Below are positions 1 to 9,692 of a DNA stretch of 64,000 nt, one piece after another. Every line of letters begins with the position of its first letter. Position 1 is the stretch's first letter. Source of the stretch: Acidobacteriota bacterium (GTDB lineage: Bacteria; Acidobacteriota; CAIWXX01); assembly GCA_040755995.1 (NCBI GenBank), contig JBFMAF010000055.1, positions 128,001 through 192,000 on the forward strand. The letters are read 5' to 3'. The translations under genes and the position numbers were made by a program. Below the pieces are notes generated by a model. It had not been told where the DNA came from. It did no database searches and worked only from the letters and a program-made list of their open reading frames with translations.

Positions 1-1072
1 GCACGCCGTGTGTGCCGGCGATCGCGCCGTAGTTGGTGATCGTGAACGTCCCGCCGCGGATCTCGGTGAGGGCCAGCCTGCGTTCGCGCGCGCGCGCGGC
101 GAAATCGGCGATGCTGGTGGACAGTTCGGCGATGCTCTTCCGGTCCGCGTCGCGGAGGACCGGCACGACGAGACCGTCCGGCGAGTCTACGGCGATGCCG
201 ATGTGGCAGTAGTTCTGGTAGATTATGCGGTTGTTCTCGACATCAAGCCGGCAGTTCAGCTTCCGATGCTTCTTCAGAGCCAGCACGACCGCGCGGACGA
301 TGAACGGCAGGTAGGACAGTTTCACTCCGTGCGCCGCCATCGCATCCTTGGCCTCGTGCCTCATCTGCACGAGCCTGCTCACCTCGACCTCCTCATGCAC
401 CGTCATGTGGGGCGCCGTGAACTTGCTCTGCACCATCTTCGCCATTATGGTCTTGCGGATCTGGCTGAGCTCCTCGTACTCGACCGCAGCCGCAGGCGGC
501 GTTGTCACTGCGGGAAGCGGCGCAGCGGGAGGCGCTGGTGTGGCCCGAGGCGCTCCGTGCGCCTGCAGGATATCGTCCTTGAGCACACGGCCGCCCGGCC
601 CGGTGCCCCTGATCGCCCGTATGTCGACTCCCATCTGCTGGGCCACGCGGCGCGCCACGGGGCTCGCCAGCACCTTGAGCTGTGACGAAGGGATCTCGGG
701 CGCACTCACATGCTCCATACCCTCGCCCGTCGCGGGGAGAAAGGCGTCGCTCTGGGCCGCTTCGATCTGGCCGACGACGCCGAAGCCGCCCTCCTCGACC
801 TTCTCCACCTTGGCGGAGGCCGCGGCCGCTGCGGGGTCCATCTCGAGCTCGGCCAGCACGTCGCCGACGTTGATCGTCTGTCCGACCGAGCCGAACAGGT
901 TCTTCACCAGGCCTGTGCGGGGAGCCGGTATATCGGCCACGACCTTGTCCGTCTCGACCTTCACGAGCGAGTCGCCTTCCTTGATCGTCTGCCCGCGAGA
1001 CGCATACCACTCGAGTATCTTCCCCTCGTGAATCCCCTCGCCGATGTCAGGAAACTTGAACACGAATATCAT
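1..1072 (-). CDS. pdhC: 2-oxoacid dehydrogenase E2 (dihydrolipoamide acyltransferase), 3'-truncated by window edge
   Basis: Not in the ORF track. Manual translation from the ATG at 1072 gives the lipoyl domain MIFVFKFPDIGEGIHEGKILEW...VETDKVVADIPAP and, near base 1, catalytic-domain GGTFTITNYGAIAG. Follows E1a/E1b. Pyruvate versus branched-chain specificity not resolved. Confidence 0.9.
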   Translation of the reverse strand, partial: MIFVFKFPDIGEGIHEGKILEWYASRGQTIKEGDSLVKVETDKVVADIPAPRTGLVKNLFGSVGQTINVGDVLAELEMDPAAAAASAKVEKVEEGGFGVVGQIEAAQSDAFLPATGEGMEHVSAPEIPSSQLKVLASPVARRVAQQMGVDIRAIRGTGPGGRVLKDDILQAHGAPRATPAPPAAPLPAVTTPPAAAVEYEELSQIRKTIMAKMVQSKFTAPHMTVHEEVEVSRLVQMRHEAKDAMAAHGVKLSYLPFIVRAVVLALKKHRKLNCRLDVENNRIIYQNYCHIGIAVDSPDGLVVPVLRDADRKSIAELSTSIADFAARARERRLALTEIRGGTFTITNYGAIAGTHGV

Positions 1073-1116
1073 GACCAACCCTCGGGATGACTATCTAGGA
1101 TCCGGCCGCGGGATCA

Positions 1117-2100
1117 TCACGGTCTGGCGGCGAGGACCCGCTTTACCTCGTATGCCACTCGTTCCGGGCCGAAGAAGTACAGGTCTTCGCTCTTCGGCAG
1201 CGGCGGCGGAGTATCGTGGCCTGCAAGCCGCGCAGGCGGGGCTTCCAGATAGTAGAACGCCTCCTGCGTGACCCGGGCAATGATCTCGGCGGCGGCCCCG
1301 TAGCTCTCCGGCGCCTCGTGTACCACCAGCAGATGTCCGGTCCTCTTCACGGAGGCGACGATCGTGGCGGTGTCGAGCGGGTAGAGCGACCGCGCGTCGA
1401 TCAGCTCGACCGCGATCGACTCCTTCTTGAGCTCGATCATCGCCTGCTGAACGATTCTCACGATCGCGCCATAGGCGACGACGGTGATGTTGCCGCCCTC
1501 GGAAAGCAATCGAGCCTTCCCGATCGGGATCCGATAGAGACCCTCCGGAACCTCCTGCTTGATCGCCCTGTAGATTCGCTTGGGTTCCATGAAGATCACC
1601 GGGTCGTCATCTTCGATTGCGCTGATCAGAAGCCCCTTGGCATCGTAGGGTGTCGACGGCATCACGACCTTGAGCCCCGGGATGTGGCCGAAGAGCGCCT
1701 CCGGGCTGTCGCTATGCAGCTCGAGCGCCCGCACACCTCCGCCGCTCGGGAACCGTATGACAATCGGCATCGGCATCCGGCCTCTGGTGCGGTAGCGGAA
1801 CCGGGACACGTGCGAGACGATCTGGTTGAAGGCCGGGTGCACGAATCCGTCGAACTGAATCTCGACGACGGGACGCAGGCCCGCTATCGCCATGCCGACC
1901 GCCGTGCCAACCACGGATGACTCGGCCAGCGGCGTGTCGAAGACGCGCCTCCTGCCGTACTTGCTCTGCAAGTTCTCAGTCACCCGGAAGACGCCGCCCT
2001 CGACTCCTAGGTCCTCGCCGTAACAGAGCACTCTCTCGTCATCCGCCAGCTTCGAGTCCAGCGCCGAATTGATCGCCTGGACCATCGTCATGACAGGCAT
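1117..2100 (-). CDS. pdhB: 2-oxoacid (pyruvate/branched-chain) dehydrogenase E1 beta subunit
   Basis: GEDLGVEGGVFRVT, FDTPLAES, EIQFDGF, PSTPYDAKGLL motifs. Confidence 0.93.
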   Translation of the reverse strand: MPVMTMVQAINSALDSKLADDERVLCYGEDLGVEGGVFRVTENLQSKYGRRRVFDTPLAESSVVGTAVGMAIAGLRPVVEIQFDGFVHPAFNQIVSHVSRFRYRTRGRMPMPIVIRFPSGGGVRALELHSDSPEALFGHIPGLKVVMPSTPYDAKGLLISAIEDDDPVIFMEPKRIYRAIKQEVPEGLYRIPIGKARLLSEGGNITVVAYGAIVRIVQQAMIELKKESIAVELIDARSLYPLDTATIVASVKRTGHLLVVHEAPESYGAAAEIIARVTQEAFYYLEAPPARLAGHDTPPPLPKSEDLYFFGPERVAYEVKRVLAARP

Positions 2101-3264
2101 CTAGCTCGACTCCTTCCACTTCAGAAACGTCTTGAGCGCGTTCTTCTGTGCCTGGAGCTCCGGAGTCAGTTCGGCGAACGCGTGGCGGAAGATCTCGTCT
2201 GCGTCGTTGGGCGGGAGGGCCTCGGCCTCGCGGGAGCCCTGATCCGCCTTGCGGCCGGCATCCTCCAAGGCTGCGCTCTCCAGGCTCTCATTCCACAGCC
2301 CGGCCGCCTCGAGATAGCGCCTGACGCGGAGCAGCGGATCCCGGCCCTTCCACGCTTCCTCTTCGGCTTTCTCGCGATATCGGCCCGGATCATCAGACGT
2401 CGTGTGCGCGCCCATGCGATAGGTTTCGGCTTCGATGAGCACGGGCCCGCGTCCCGACCGCGCGTGGTGCGCGGCCTCGCGAGTGGCCCGGTACACTGCG
2501 AAGAGATCGTTGCCGTCGATCTGAATTCCGGGGATGCCGTACGCGATCGCCTTCTGTGCGATCGTCTCGGACCTGGTTTGGTCCCGGCGCGGACAGGAGA
2601 TCGCGTACTGGTTGTTATTGCAGAAGAATATCACGGGGCAATTGAACACGGCCGACCAGTTGAGCGCCTCGTGGAAGTCGCCTTCCGACGTTCCACCGTC
2701 GCCGAAATAGGAGATCACTACGTCAGAGCCACCCCGGTAGGCGATGGCGTGGCCGATGCCGGCGGCGTGGAGGAGCTGCGTAGAGATTGGGACGCAGATT
2801 GGAAGGATGCGGGTATCCGGCGGGAAGACGTTACCGTATTCGCTGCCCGCGTACCAGAGGTAGACGACCTTCAACGGCACGCCCTTCCAGAGCCACGCGC
2901 CCAGCTCGCGGTAGGCGGGGACCATCCAGTCGGTCTTCTCGAGGGCCATTGCGCTGCCGACCGCCGCTGCCTCCTGCCCCAGATTCGGCGGCAGCGTGTA
3001 GAGCCGCCCCTGGCGCTGGAGCGAGACCGCTTTGGTGTCGGCCACGCGAGCCAGGACCATCGCGCGGTAGGCCTCCAGGATAGCCTCAGGACCGAGATCC
3101 GGCATCCACTGCTTGTCCACGATAGCGCCGCTCTCGTCGAGGATGCTGAGCTTGGCGCCACGCAATGGGTCGAATGCCTCGAAGAGCGATGCCACATCGA
3201 TTCCAGCACGGTCCTCGTGACGATAATCAATCAGCGTACCCTCGCTGACCTGCGCTCGACTCAT
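2101..3264 (-). CDS. pdhA: 2-oxoacid dehydrogenase E1 alpha subunit
   Basis: TPP-binding GDGGTSEGDFHEALN...NNQYAIS, and YRMGAHTTSDDP; abuts E1 beta. Confidence 0.93.
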   Translation of the reverse strand: MSRAQVSEGTLIDYRHEDRAGIDVASLFEAFDPLRGAKLSILDESGAIVDKQWMPDLGPEAILEAYRAMVLARVADTKAVSLQRQGRLYTLPPNLGQEAAAVGSAMALEKTDWMVPAYRELGAWLWKGVPLKVVYLWYAGSEYGNVFPPDTRILPICVPISTQLLHAAGIGHAIAYRGGSDVVISYFGDGGTSEGDFHEALNWSAVFNCPVIFFCNNNQYAISCPRRDQTRSETIAQKAIAYGIPGIQIDGNDLFAVYRATREAAHHARSGRGPVLIEAETYRMGAHTTSDDPGRYREKAEEEAWKGRDPLLRVRRYLEAAGLWNESLESAALEDAGRKADQGSREAEALPPNDADEIFRHAFAELTPELQAQKNALKTFLKWKESS

Positions 3265-3444
3265 CCCTCCTAATCCTATCCTGAAGGTATGAATATACGA
3301 CAGCCTGCCGGGCTTTGCAAGTGCGCCGGGCAGCTGAGCAGCTGACGTCTACCACTTGAAACGATTCTTTGAGGGGGAAGGCGATTCGTGGTACCTTCAG
3401 TACTCGATGCTCGGTCGACGCGCGACGAGAGGGGGTAGGCACGG

Positions 3445-4530
3445 GTGAGCGGCAAGGCGAATCTTCTCGGCTTGGAGAGAGCTGATATTTCGAAGCTCGT
3501 CGAGGAGCTACCTGGCGCGCGGGCTTACACCGCCAGGCAGATCCATGCCTGGATCTATGTGAAACATACACGGCGGTTCGAGGAGATGACGAACCTGCCG
3601 CTCGCTCTGCGGGCCACGCTCGATCAGGCGTTCGAGATCTCGGGGCCGGTGTGCGCGCGAGTCTCTCGATCGGCCGACGGCACCTGCAAGTGTCTGTTCG
3701 AGCTCGCGGATGGCGAGCACGTCGAGTCGGTATGGATTCCTGAGCCGCGCCGAAACACCATGTGCCTGTCTACCCAGGTCGGCTGCAAGATGGGCTGCAC
3801 TTTCTGCGCCACCGGGCGCATGGGCTTTCGGAGGAACCTGGAGAGCGGCGAGATCGTCGGTCAGGCTCTCCACATTCTGGACGACATCGGATACCGTGAT
3901 CGCCGGGTCAACGTCGTATTCATGGGGATGGGCGAGGGGCTGGACAACTACGACGAAGTCATGCGCGCGTTCCGGCTGCTGGCGGATCCGGAGGGCTGCG
4001 CCATCTCCCCGCGCCGCATCACGCTCTCGACGGCCGGCCACGTGCCGGGCATCGAGCGGCTGGCTGCGGAGACGCGATCACCAAAGCTGGCCGTCTCGCT
4101 CAACTCGCCATTCGACGATGAGCGGAGCACCATCATGCCGATCACCAGGAAGTACCCGATCCGGCGTCTCATGGAAGCGGTCCGCAAGTTCATGGAAGCG
4201 CGTCACCCGAACGGGGAACGGGTGCGACTGAATGAGCGAGTCACTTTCGAGTACGTGCTGCTGAAGGGGATCAACGACACGCCGGCGCACGCAGCCGAGC
4301 TGATCCGGCTGCTGCGGGGAGTTCCCGCGAAGCTCAATCTTCTGGCCTACAATCCGCTGCCTGCGCTGCCATACGAGCGGCCTGAGGACTCGCGCGTCGA
4401 GTCGTTCAAGAACGCGCTGCTGGCGGCGAATGTCCCCGTTTCGTTCCGGCGAAGCCGCGGAGTTGACATCGAAGCGGCCTGCGGCCAGCTCGCGACTGCC
4501 ATACGACGCGACGCAGGTCGCACTGTGTAG
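3445..4530 (+). CDS. rlmN: 23S rRNA m2A2503/tRNA methyltransferase RlmN (radical SAM)
   Basis: CLSTQVGCKMGCTFCATG, VFMGMGE, EYVLLKGIND, DIEAACGQL. Confidence 0.96.
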   Translation: MSGKANLLGLERADISKLVEELPGARAYTARQIHAWIYVKHTRRFEEMTNLPLALRATLDQAFEISGPVCARVSRSADGTCKCLFELADGEHVESVWIPEPRRNTMCLSTQVGCKMGCTFCATGRMGFRRNLESGEIVGQALHILDDIGYRDRRVNVVFMGMGEGLDNYDEVMRAFRLLADPEGCAISPRRITLSTAGHVPGIERLAAETRSPKLAVSLNSPFDDERSTIMPITRKYPIRRLMEAVRKFMEARHPNGERVRLNERVTFEYVLLKGINDTPAHAAELIRLLRGVPAKLNLLAYNPLPALPYERPEDSRVESFKNALLAANVPVSFRRSRGVDIEAACGQLATAIRRDAGRTV

Positions 4531-4546
4531 CCTTGGGCCCGTGCGG

Positions 4547-4573
4547 GATCGCGATCGCGATCGCACGATCGCG
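4547..4573. repeat. GATCGC hexamer tandem repeat (imperfect)
   Basis: gatcgcgatcgcgatcgcacgatcgcg in the intergenic region after rlmN. Confidence 0.6.
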
Positions 4574-4580
4574 AGCGTGC

Positions 4581-4610
4581 TTGACACTCGCATACTCGCT
4601 GCCCTATATT
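4581..4610 (+). promoter_or_regulatory. sigma-70-type promoter for the TonB-dependent receptor gene
   Basis: TTGACA (4581-4586), 18-nt spacer, TATATT (4605-4610). Confidence 0.6.
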
Positions 4611-4745
4611 GACTCGGCAGAATAGCGGGCTTCATCCTCCTTTGCTCGGGCGTCCAGTGCCATCATGTTTGATGTTATGTCGGGCAGCGGCCGTTCCGGA
4701 GATCGGCCTGCCCCTCGTTCATTTATCACATCTAAGGAGAGTAGG

Positions 4746-7562
4746 ATGAGATCACCATGGCGCCAGTTCCTGATCCTCATGATGCTGAGTCTGATGCCTG
4801 TCGGGGGGTGGGCACAGACGACGGGAGGCATCGTCGGGCACGTCGAGGATGAGTCCGGCGCGGTGCTGCCCGGTGTGGCGATCCAGGTGGAGAGCCCGGC
4901 GCTGCAGGGCACCCGCACAGCGTCAACCGACATCTCGGGGGTTTACCGCATCATGCTGCTCCCGCCTGGCGAGTACAAGCTCACCTTCTCGCTCGCGGGC
5001 TTCACCACCGAGGTCGCGGAAGGGCTCATCGTCAGTCTGGACCGTGAGACAACCCTCAATCAAGTGATGAAGGTGGCCAGGACGGCGGAGACCGTTACGG
5101 TCGTGGCTGAAGCGGCCGTGGTGAGCACGACGTCGACGACGCTGGGATCGAACTTCTCCGACCGCGAGATCGAGACGCTGCCGACCGGCCGCAACTACTC
5201 GGCGGTGGTCCAGGTTGCGCCCGGGACGTCCTCGGACGCGAACTGGGAGAACGAGTCGCAGAGCACGGTCACCGTGTATGGCTCCTCCGGCGCCGAAAAC
5301 GCCTTCTTCATCGACGGGGTGAACACGACGGGTGTCGAGTACGGTTTCCAGGGGAAGGATCTGAATTTCGAGTTCATACAGGAAATCGACGTGAAGACGG
5401 GCGGCTACGAGGCCGAATACGGGAAGTCGACCGGTGGAATCATCAACGTGATCACGAAGTCCGGCGGCAACGATTTCCACGGCGACATCTTCACTTACTA
5501 CGACAATGACGGCCTGCAATCGAGCCCGCGCGAGGTCGTGTCGCCACGTGGGACCGTCGAAGGTTTCACCAAACAGGACTACGGTGCCGATCTCTCGGGC
5601 TACATCGTGAGGGACAAGCTCTGGTTCTTCGCGGCAATCGACCGCGTGAGCAACACCACGGACAACAAGCTGCCCGAGGGTGGTCCTAAGGCAGGTGAGA
5701 TCGTCAAGTCAGACAGCACCAGGACGCTCGGCTCATTCAAGGTGACTTACAACCTCAAGGAAGGTCACTCGCTCATCGGCACCTACTTCCAGGACCCGCG
5801 CACGGATACCGGAGCGATCAGCGATGCGGACCACACGCTGAATGGCGACCCGCTGACTTACATGGGCGAGCAGGAATACGGCGGAAGGGACTTCGCCGTT
5901 CGATACGAAGGCCTTGTGGGCTCCTCCTGGCTGTTCTCAGCGCAGGTGGCCCGGCATGCTGAGAAGAACAACATCGGGCCGGAATCCGGCGCGGGGGATA
6001 TCATCGAATACCGCGATGCGGAAAACAACTACTACCAGACGGGCGGGTTCGGGCTCGTTCAGGAGAAAGAATTCTCCAGAACCTTTCTCGGCGCGACCGC
6101 GACCCGGTTCTTCAAGAATCACGAGTTCAAGATGGGCTTCGAGTACGAGATCGAGAAGGCAGACGTGATGAAGCGAATGAGCGGCGGCCAACGGGTCGAC
6201 ATACTCGCCAATCCAGCGGACCCGAGCAAGCCGGTCTACCGCCATTTCTACTGGACCACACCGGACGCGACCATACAGAACGCGCCCACTTCAGCGCTGA
6301 ATGCGCCGCCCGAGCACAAGAACACGACCCTCTTCTTCCAGGATCGATGGAACCTGACCACCAAGTTGACAGTCAACGCCGGCTTGCGCTGGGACCGCCA
6401 GGAGATATTCGATCGATTCGGCGACCGCCAGATCGACCTCTGGAAGGACCTGGCGCCTCGGGTCGGATTCATCTTCGATCCCAAGGCTGATGCGCACTCC
6501 AGGATCTTCGGCTCCTATGGACGGTACTACGAACAGATCCCGATGGACCTGGTGATTCGGTCGTTCACACAGGAGCGCCAGGCCGCGATTTACAACTACG
6601 ATCCAGTGAGTGTGACGCCCGATCCGCAGGCGGAGGCCGACATAGACGACAACTCGAAGATCCTCGGCGGCTACACAGAACCGGCGGATCCGGACCTGAG
6701 GAACCAGTACATGAACGAATTCATCCTCGGGTACGAGCACGAGGTACGCGCAAACATGGCCGTGGGCGTGAAGGGCATTTACCGGTACTATGGACGCGTC
6801 ATTGAGGACTTCCTTGGGTCGAGCGATGGGACGTACTACATCGGCAACCCGGGCAAGGGCTTCATGAAGGAGATCTGGACCCTGGACTACGCCCACACTT
6901 ATCCCGCTCCGAAACCGGAGCGTGTATACAAGGGAATCCAGATCGACGTGAACAAGCGTTTCAGCAACAACTGGCAGGGACTCGTGTCCTACATCTACTC
7001 GCGTATCGACGGCAACTTCGACGGCGAGTACGCTCCTTTCACCAACGTCGGCGCAGATCCCAACATCTCTGCAACGTATGACTACTACGACTTCTTCACC
7101 GACGGGCGGGACCTCTCGAAGATCACCAACGACGGTCCGCTCTCGAACGACCGGCACCACCAGTTCAAGTTCTCGGGCGTGTACATGACGCCGTACAGGA
7201 TTTCGATCGGCGTGAGCGGCTACGTGCGCTCGGGCCTGCCCATCACTCGTTACGGGTACTCCGACGCATACGGCCGCTACGAGTTCTTTCTGACGAAGCG
7301 CGGCGCAGAGGGTAGAACGCCGGTCACATACGAGACGGACTTGCACGTGGGCTACCCGATACAGATAGGCGCCGTCAGCATCAACCTGATGGGGGACATC
7401 TTCAGCCTCTTCAACGCCAGGCGCGCCGTTCTTCTCGATCAGCGATGGGGCTTCCAGGAAGCCGACAACGCGTCGCCGACTCCGGTGAACCCAGACTACC
7501 TCAAGCCCGTCCTGCGTACACCTCCCAGGACACTGCGACTGGGACTCAGGATCAGCTTCTGA
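4746..7562 (+). CDS. TonB-dependent outer membrane receptor (Oar-like, N-terminal carboxypeptidase regulatory-like domain)
   Basis: RBS AAGGAG before ATG 4746; signal peptide; G.V.DESGAVLPGV; plug motif GGYEAEYGKSTGGIINVITKSGGN; C-terminal LGLRISF barrel signature. Confidence 0.9.
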   Translation: MRSPWRQFLILMMLSLMPVGGWAQTTGGIVGHVEDESGAVLPGVAIQVESPALQGTRTASTDISGVYRIMLLPPGEYKLTFSLAGFTTEVAEGLIVSLDRETTLNQVMKVARTAETVTVVAEAAVVSTTSTTLGSNFSDREIETLPTGRNYSAVVQVAPGTSSDANWENESQSTVTVYGSSGAENAFFIDGVNTTGVEYGFQGKDLNFEFIQEIDVKTGGYEAEYGKSTGGIINVITKSGGNDFHGDIFTYYDNDGLQSSPREVVSPRGTVEGFTKQDYGADLSGYIVRDKLWFFAAIDRVSNTTDNKLPEGGPKAGEIVKSDSTRTLGSFKVTYNLKEGHSLIGTYFQDPRTDTGAISDADHTLNGDPLTYMGEQEYGGRDFAVRYEGLVGSSWLFSAQVARHAEKNNIGPESGAGDIIEYRDAENNYYQTGGFGLVQEKEFSRTFLGATATRFFKNHEFKMGFEYEIEKADVMKRMSGGQRVDILANPADPSKPVYRHFYWTTPDATIQNAPTSALNAPPEHKNTTLFFQDRWNLTTKLTVNAGLRWDRQEIFDRFGDRQIDLWKDLAPRVGFIFDPKADAHSRIFGSYGRYYEQIPMDLVIRSFTQERQAAIYNYDPVSVTPDPQAEADIDDNSKILGGYTEPADPDLRNQYMNEFILGYEHEVRANMAVGVKGIYRYYGRVIEDFLGSSDGTYYIGNPGKGFMKEIWTLDYAHTYPAPKPERVYKGIQIDVNKRFSNNWQGLVSYIYSRIDGNFDGEYAPFTNVGADPNISATYDYYDFFTDGRDLSKITNDGPLSNDRHHQFKFSGVYMTPYRISIGVSGYVRSGLPITRYGYSDAYGRYEFFLTKRGAEGRTPVTYETDLHVGYPIQIGAVSINLMGDIFSLFNARRAVLLDQRWGFQEADNASPTPVNPDYLKPVLRTPPRTLRLGLRISF

Positions 7563-7666
7563 TACTGGACTGGCTCGGATGGGTGGGCACAAGTGAGGGA
7601 GGCAAAGCGGCAGTGCCTCCGGCGAAAAGCGCCGGCCGGATTGCCGAGTCCTGAGAACCATTCTCC

Positions 7667-9625
7667 GTGAGTTCTACTCGCCTCAGACTGGCGGCCATCG
7701 CGCTCCTCGCGGTGGCCGCCATCATCTTCTCTGCATGGTGGTTCACCCGATCGAACCCAGCTCGCGCGCCAGCCACGAAATCGGTGATCTTCGTCGGCCT
7801 GGACGGAGTCGACTGGGCGCTGCTGGACTCTCTCATGGCGCGACGCGTCATGCCCAACCTGGCGCGGCTGGTGAACGAGGGACAGGGCGGGAACCTGACG
7901 AGCTCCCATCCGCTCTTGTCGCCCCTCGTCTGGACCACCATGATGACCGGCGTGAGCCCGCTGGAACACCGTATCCTCGACTTCACACGCTACAACCCTG
8001 CCAGCCATACGCTGGAACCCATCACTGCGGATGAGAGGGCCGTGCCCGCCGTCTGGAGCATGGCGACGCAGCAAGGCATCACGTCCGCGGTCCTCGGTAT
8101 GTGGGCCACCCATCCCGCCGAACCCGTGAACGGCACCGTCGTCTCGGACCGGTTCTTCTCGCTGGTGCCGGGCTTCTCCGCCCGTTCTCCGGCCTCTGTT
8201 CATCCCTGGGAGATCGAATCGTGGGTGAGAAGGGTGGCTGACGAGACGGCGGCATCCGTCGACCTCAGCGCGATGAGAACATACATTCCCGCTCTGGGGG
8301 CGGAGGAGCTCGAAGGCGCGAGCCAGTCGGCTCAGCCTTACTCCAACCCCGTCAGCGCGCTCAGGCAGATACTCATCGAGACTCGGACGCAGGCCCGGTT
8401 GTCGCTGGAGCTCCTGCGAGACCGAAGTCCGCAACTCTTGATCGCTTACTACGAGGGGACAGACGCGATTGGTCACGTGTTCGCTCCGTTCGCGCCCCCC
8501 CGACAGGACGGAGTGACGGTGGAGGATTTCGACCGCTACAGCCGCGTCGCGGAGACCTACTTCGGCGAGATCGACTCGATCATCGGCGACTATCGCGAGG
8601 TCGCGGCAACGTCGGGCGCCGTCCTTGTGCTCGCCTCTGACCACGGCTTCCACTGGAACGAGGGACGGCCGAAGGACATCTCCAGTCTGGCTGGGCCGAC
8701 GGCCGCCAAGTGGCACAAGCTGGAAGGCATGTACTTGATCTGGGGGCCGAACGTTCAACCGTCGCCCGGGCATGCCGGCCACGGGACCGTTGCGCAGGTT
8801 TGCTCCACGCTGCTGTCGCTCCTCGGCATGCCTCCCGCCAAGGATCTCCCTGAACCGCTCGTGCGCGCGTCAGGACCAGCGCCGTCAACAGTCGTAGACT
8901 ACAAGGCAGCGTATCAGCGCCCGGCCGCCGAACCAGCGCCCCCCGGCTCTGACGCCGCCGGCGAGATCGAGAAGCTTGCTGCACTGGGATACATCTCCCC
9001 CGGCGCAGGACCAACCGCCGCGCCGCGGCCGCCGTGGGCATCGACGCGCACGCCCGGCTCATTCAACAACGAGGGGCTCTTGCTCAAAGCCGCCGGAGAG
9101 ACGGAGCGAGCAGAGGAGGCGTTCGAATCGGCACTGAAGCTCGATCCCGCGTACAACTCAGCCTGCTGGAACCTCAGCGAGCTGCTGTTCGAGGGTGGAC
9201 GCGAGCTGGATCGTGCCGATGAGCTGCTCATCCGTGCGATTGCAGGCGGCCTGTCCGACGGCGTCCGGTTCGCCGTCGGGCGAGCCATGCTCTACCAGCG
9301 CACCGGAAGACTCAATCGATCCATATCGCTGCTAGACCGCGCCGTGGCGACCAGGCCGGCCGAGTCCGATCTGTGGCTCCTCCGCGGCAGATACCGCCTG
9401 GAGACCGGCGACTGCCCCGGCGCACTCTCGGACTTCGAGACCGCTGCATCGCTGGCGCCAGAATCCGCCTCGGCCCACGCATCCGTCGGGACAGCAAGCC
9501 TTTGCATCGGCGACCTCAACCGCGCGAAGCGCGCCTTCGATCGCTCGCTGGAGCTTGACCCGAGCCAGCCCGAGATCCGCGCCTGTCTGCACCAGCTCGC
9601 AGCGAGCACGGAACACCAAAGGTAG
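7667..9625 (+). CDS. alkaline phosphatase superfamily (NPP/phosphodiesterase-like) protein with C-terminal TPRs
   Basis: N-terminal TM anchor; VGLDGVDW, PLLSPLVWTTMMTG, TDAIGH, SDHGF; LAALGYI linker, then TPR helices. Confidence 0.85.
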   Translation: MSSTRLRLAAIALLAVAAIIFSAWWFTRSNPARAPATKSVIFVGLDGVDWALLDSLMARRVMPNLARLVNEGQGGNLTSSHPLLSPLVWTTMMTGVSPLEHRILDFTRYNPASHTLEPITADERAVPAVWSMATQQGITSAVLGMWATHPAEPVNGTVVSDRFFSLVPGFSARSPASVHPWEIESWVRRVADETAASVDLSAMRTYIPALGAEELEGASQSAQPYSNPVSALRQILIETRTQARLSLELLRDRSPQLLIAYYEGTDAIGHVFAPFAPPRQDGVTVEDFDRYSRVAETYFGEIDSIIGDYREVAATSGAVLVLASDHGFHWNEGRPKDISSLAGPTAAKWHKLEGMYLIWGPNVQPSPGHAGHGTVAQVCSTLLSLLGMPPAKDLPEPLVRASGPAPSTVVDYKAAYQRPAAEPAPPGSDAAGEIEKLAALGYISPGAGPTAAPRPPWASTRTPGSFNNEGLLLKAAGETERAEEAFESALKLDPAYNSACWNLSELLFEGGRELDRADELLIRAIAGGLSDGVRFAVGRAMLYQRTGRLNRSISLLDRAVATRPAESDLWLLRGRYRLETGDCPGALSDFETAASLAPESASAHASVGTASLCIGDLNRAKRAFDRSLELDPSQPEIRACLHQLAASTEHQR

Positions 9626-9692
9626 AGAGCTCCGGCGATTGCGTGACCGACGCGGCCGTGCTGGACCAATTCGCGTTCGTTGCCGGGACGTG

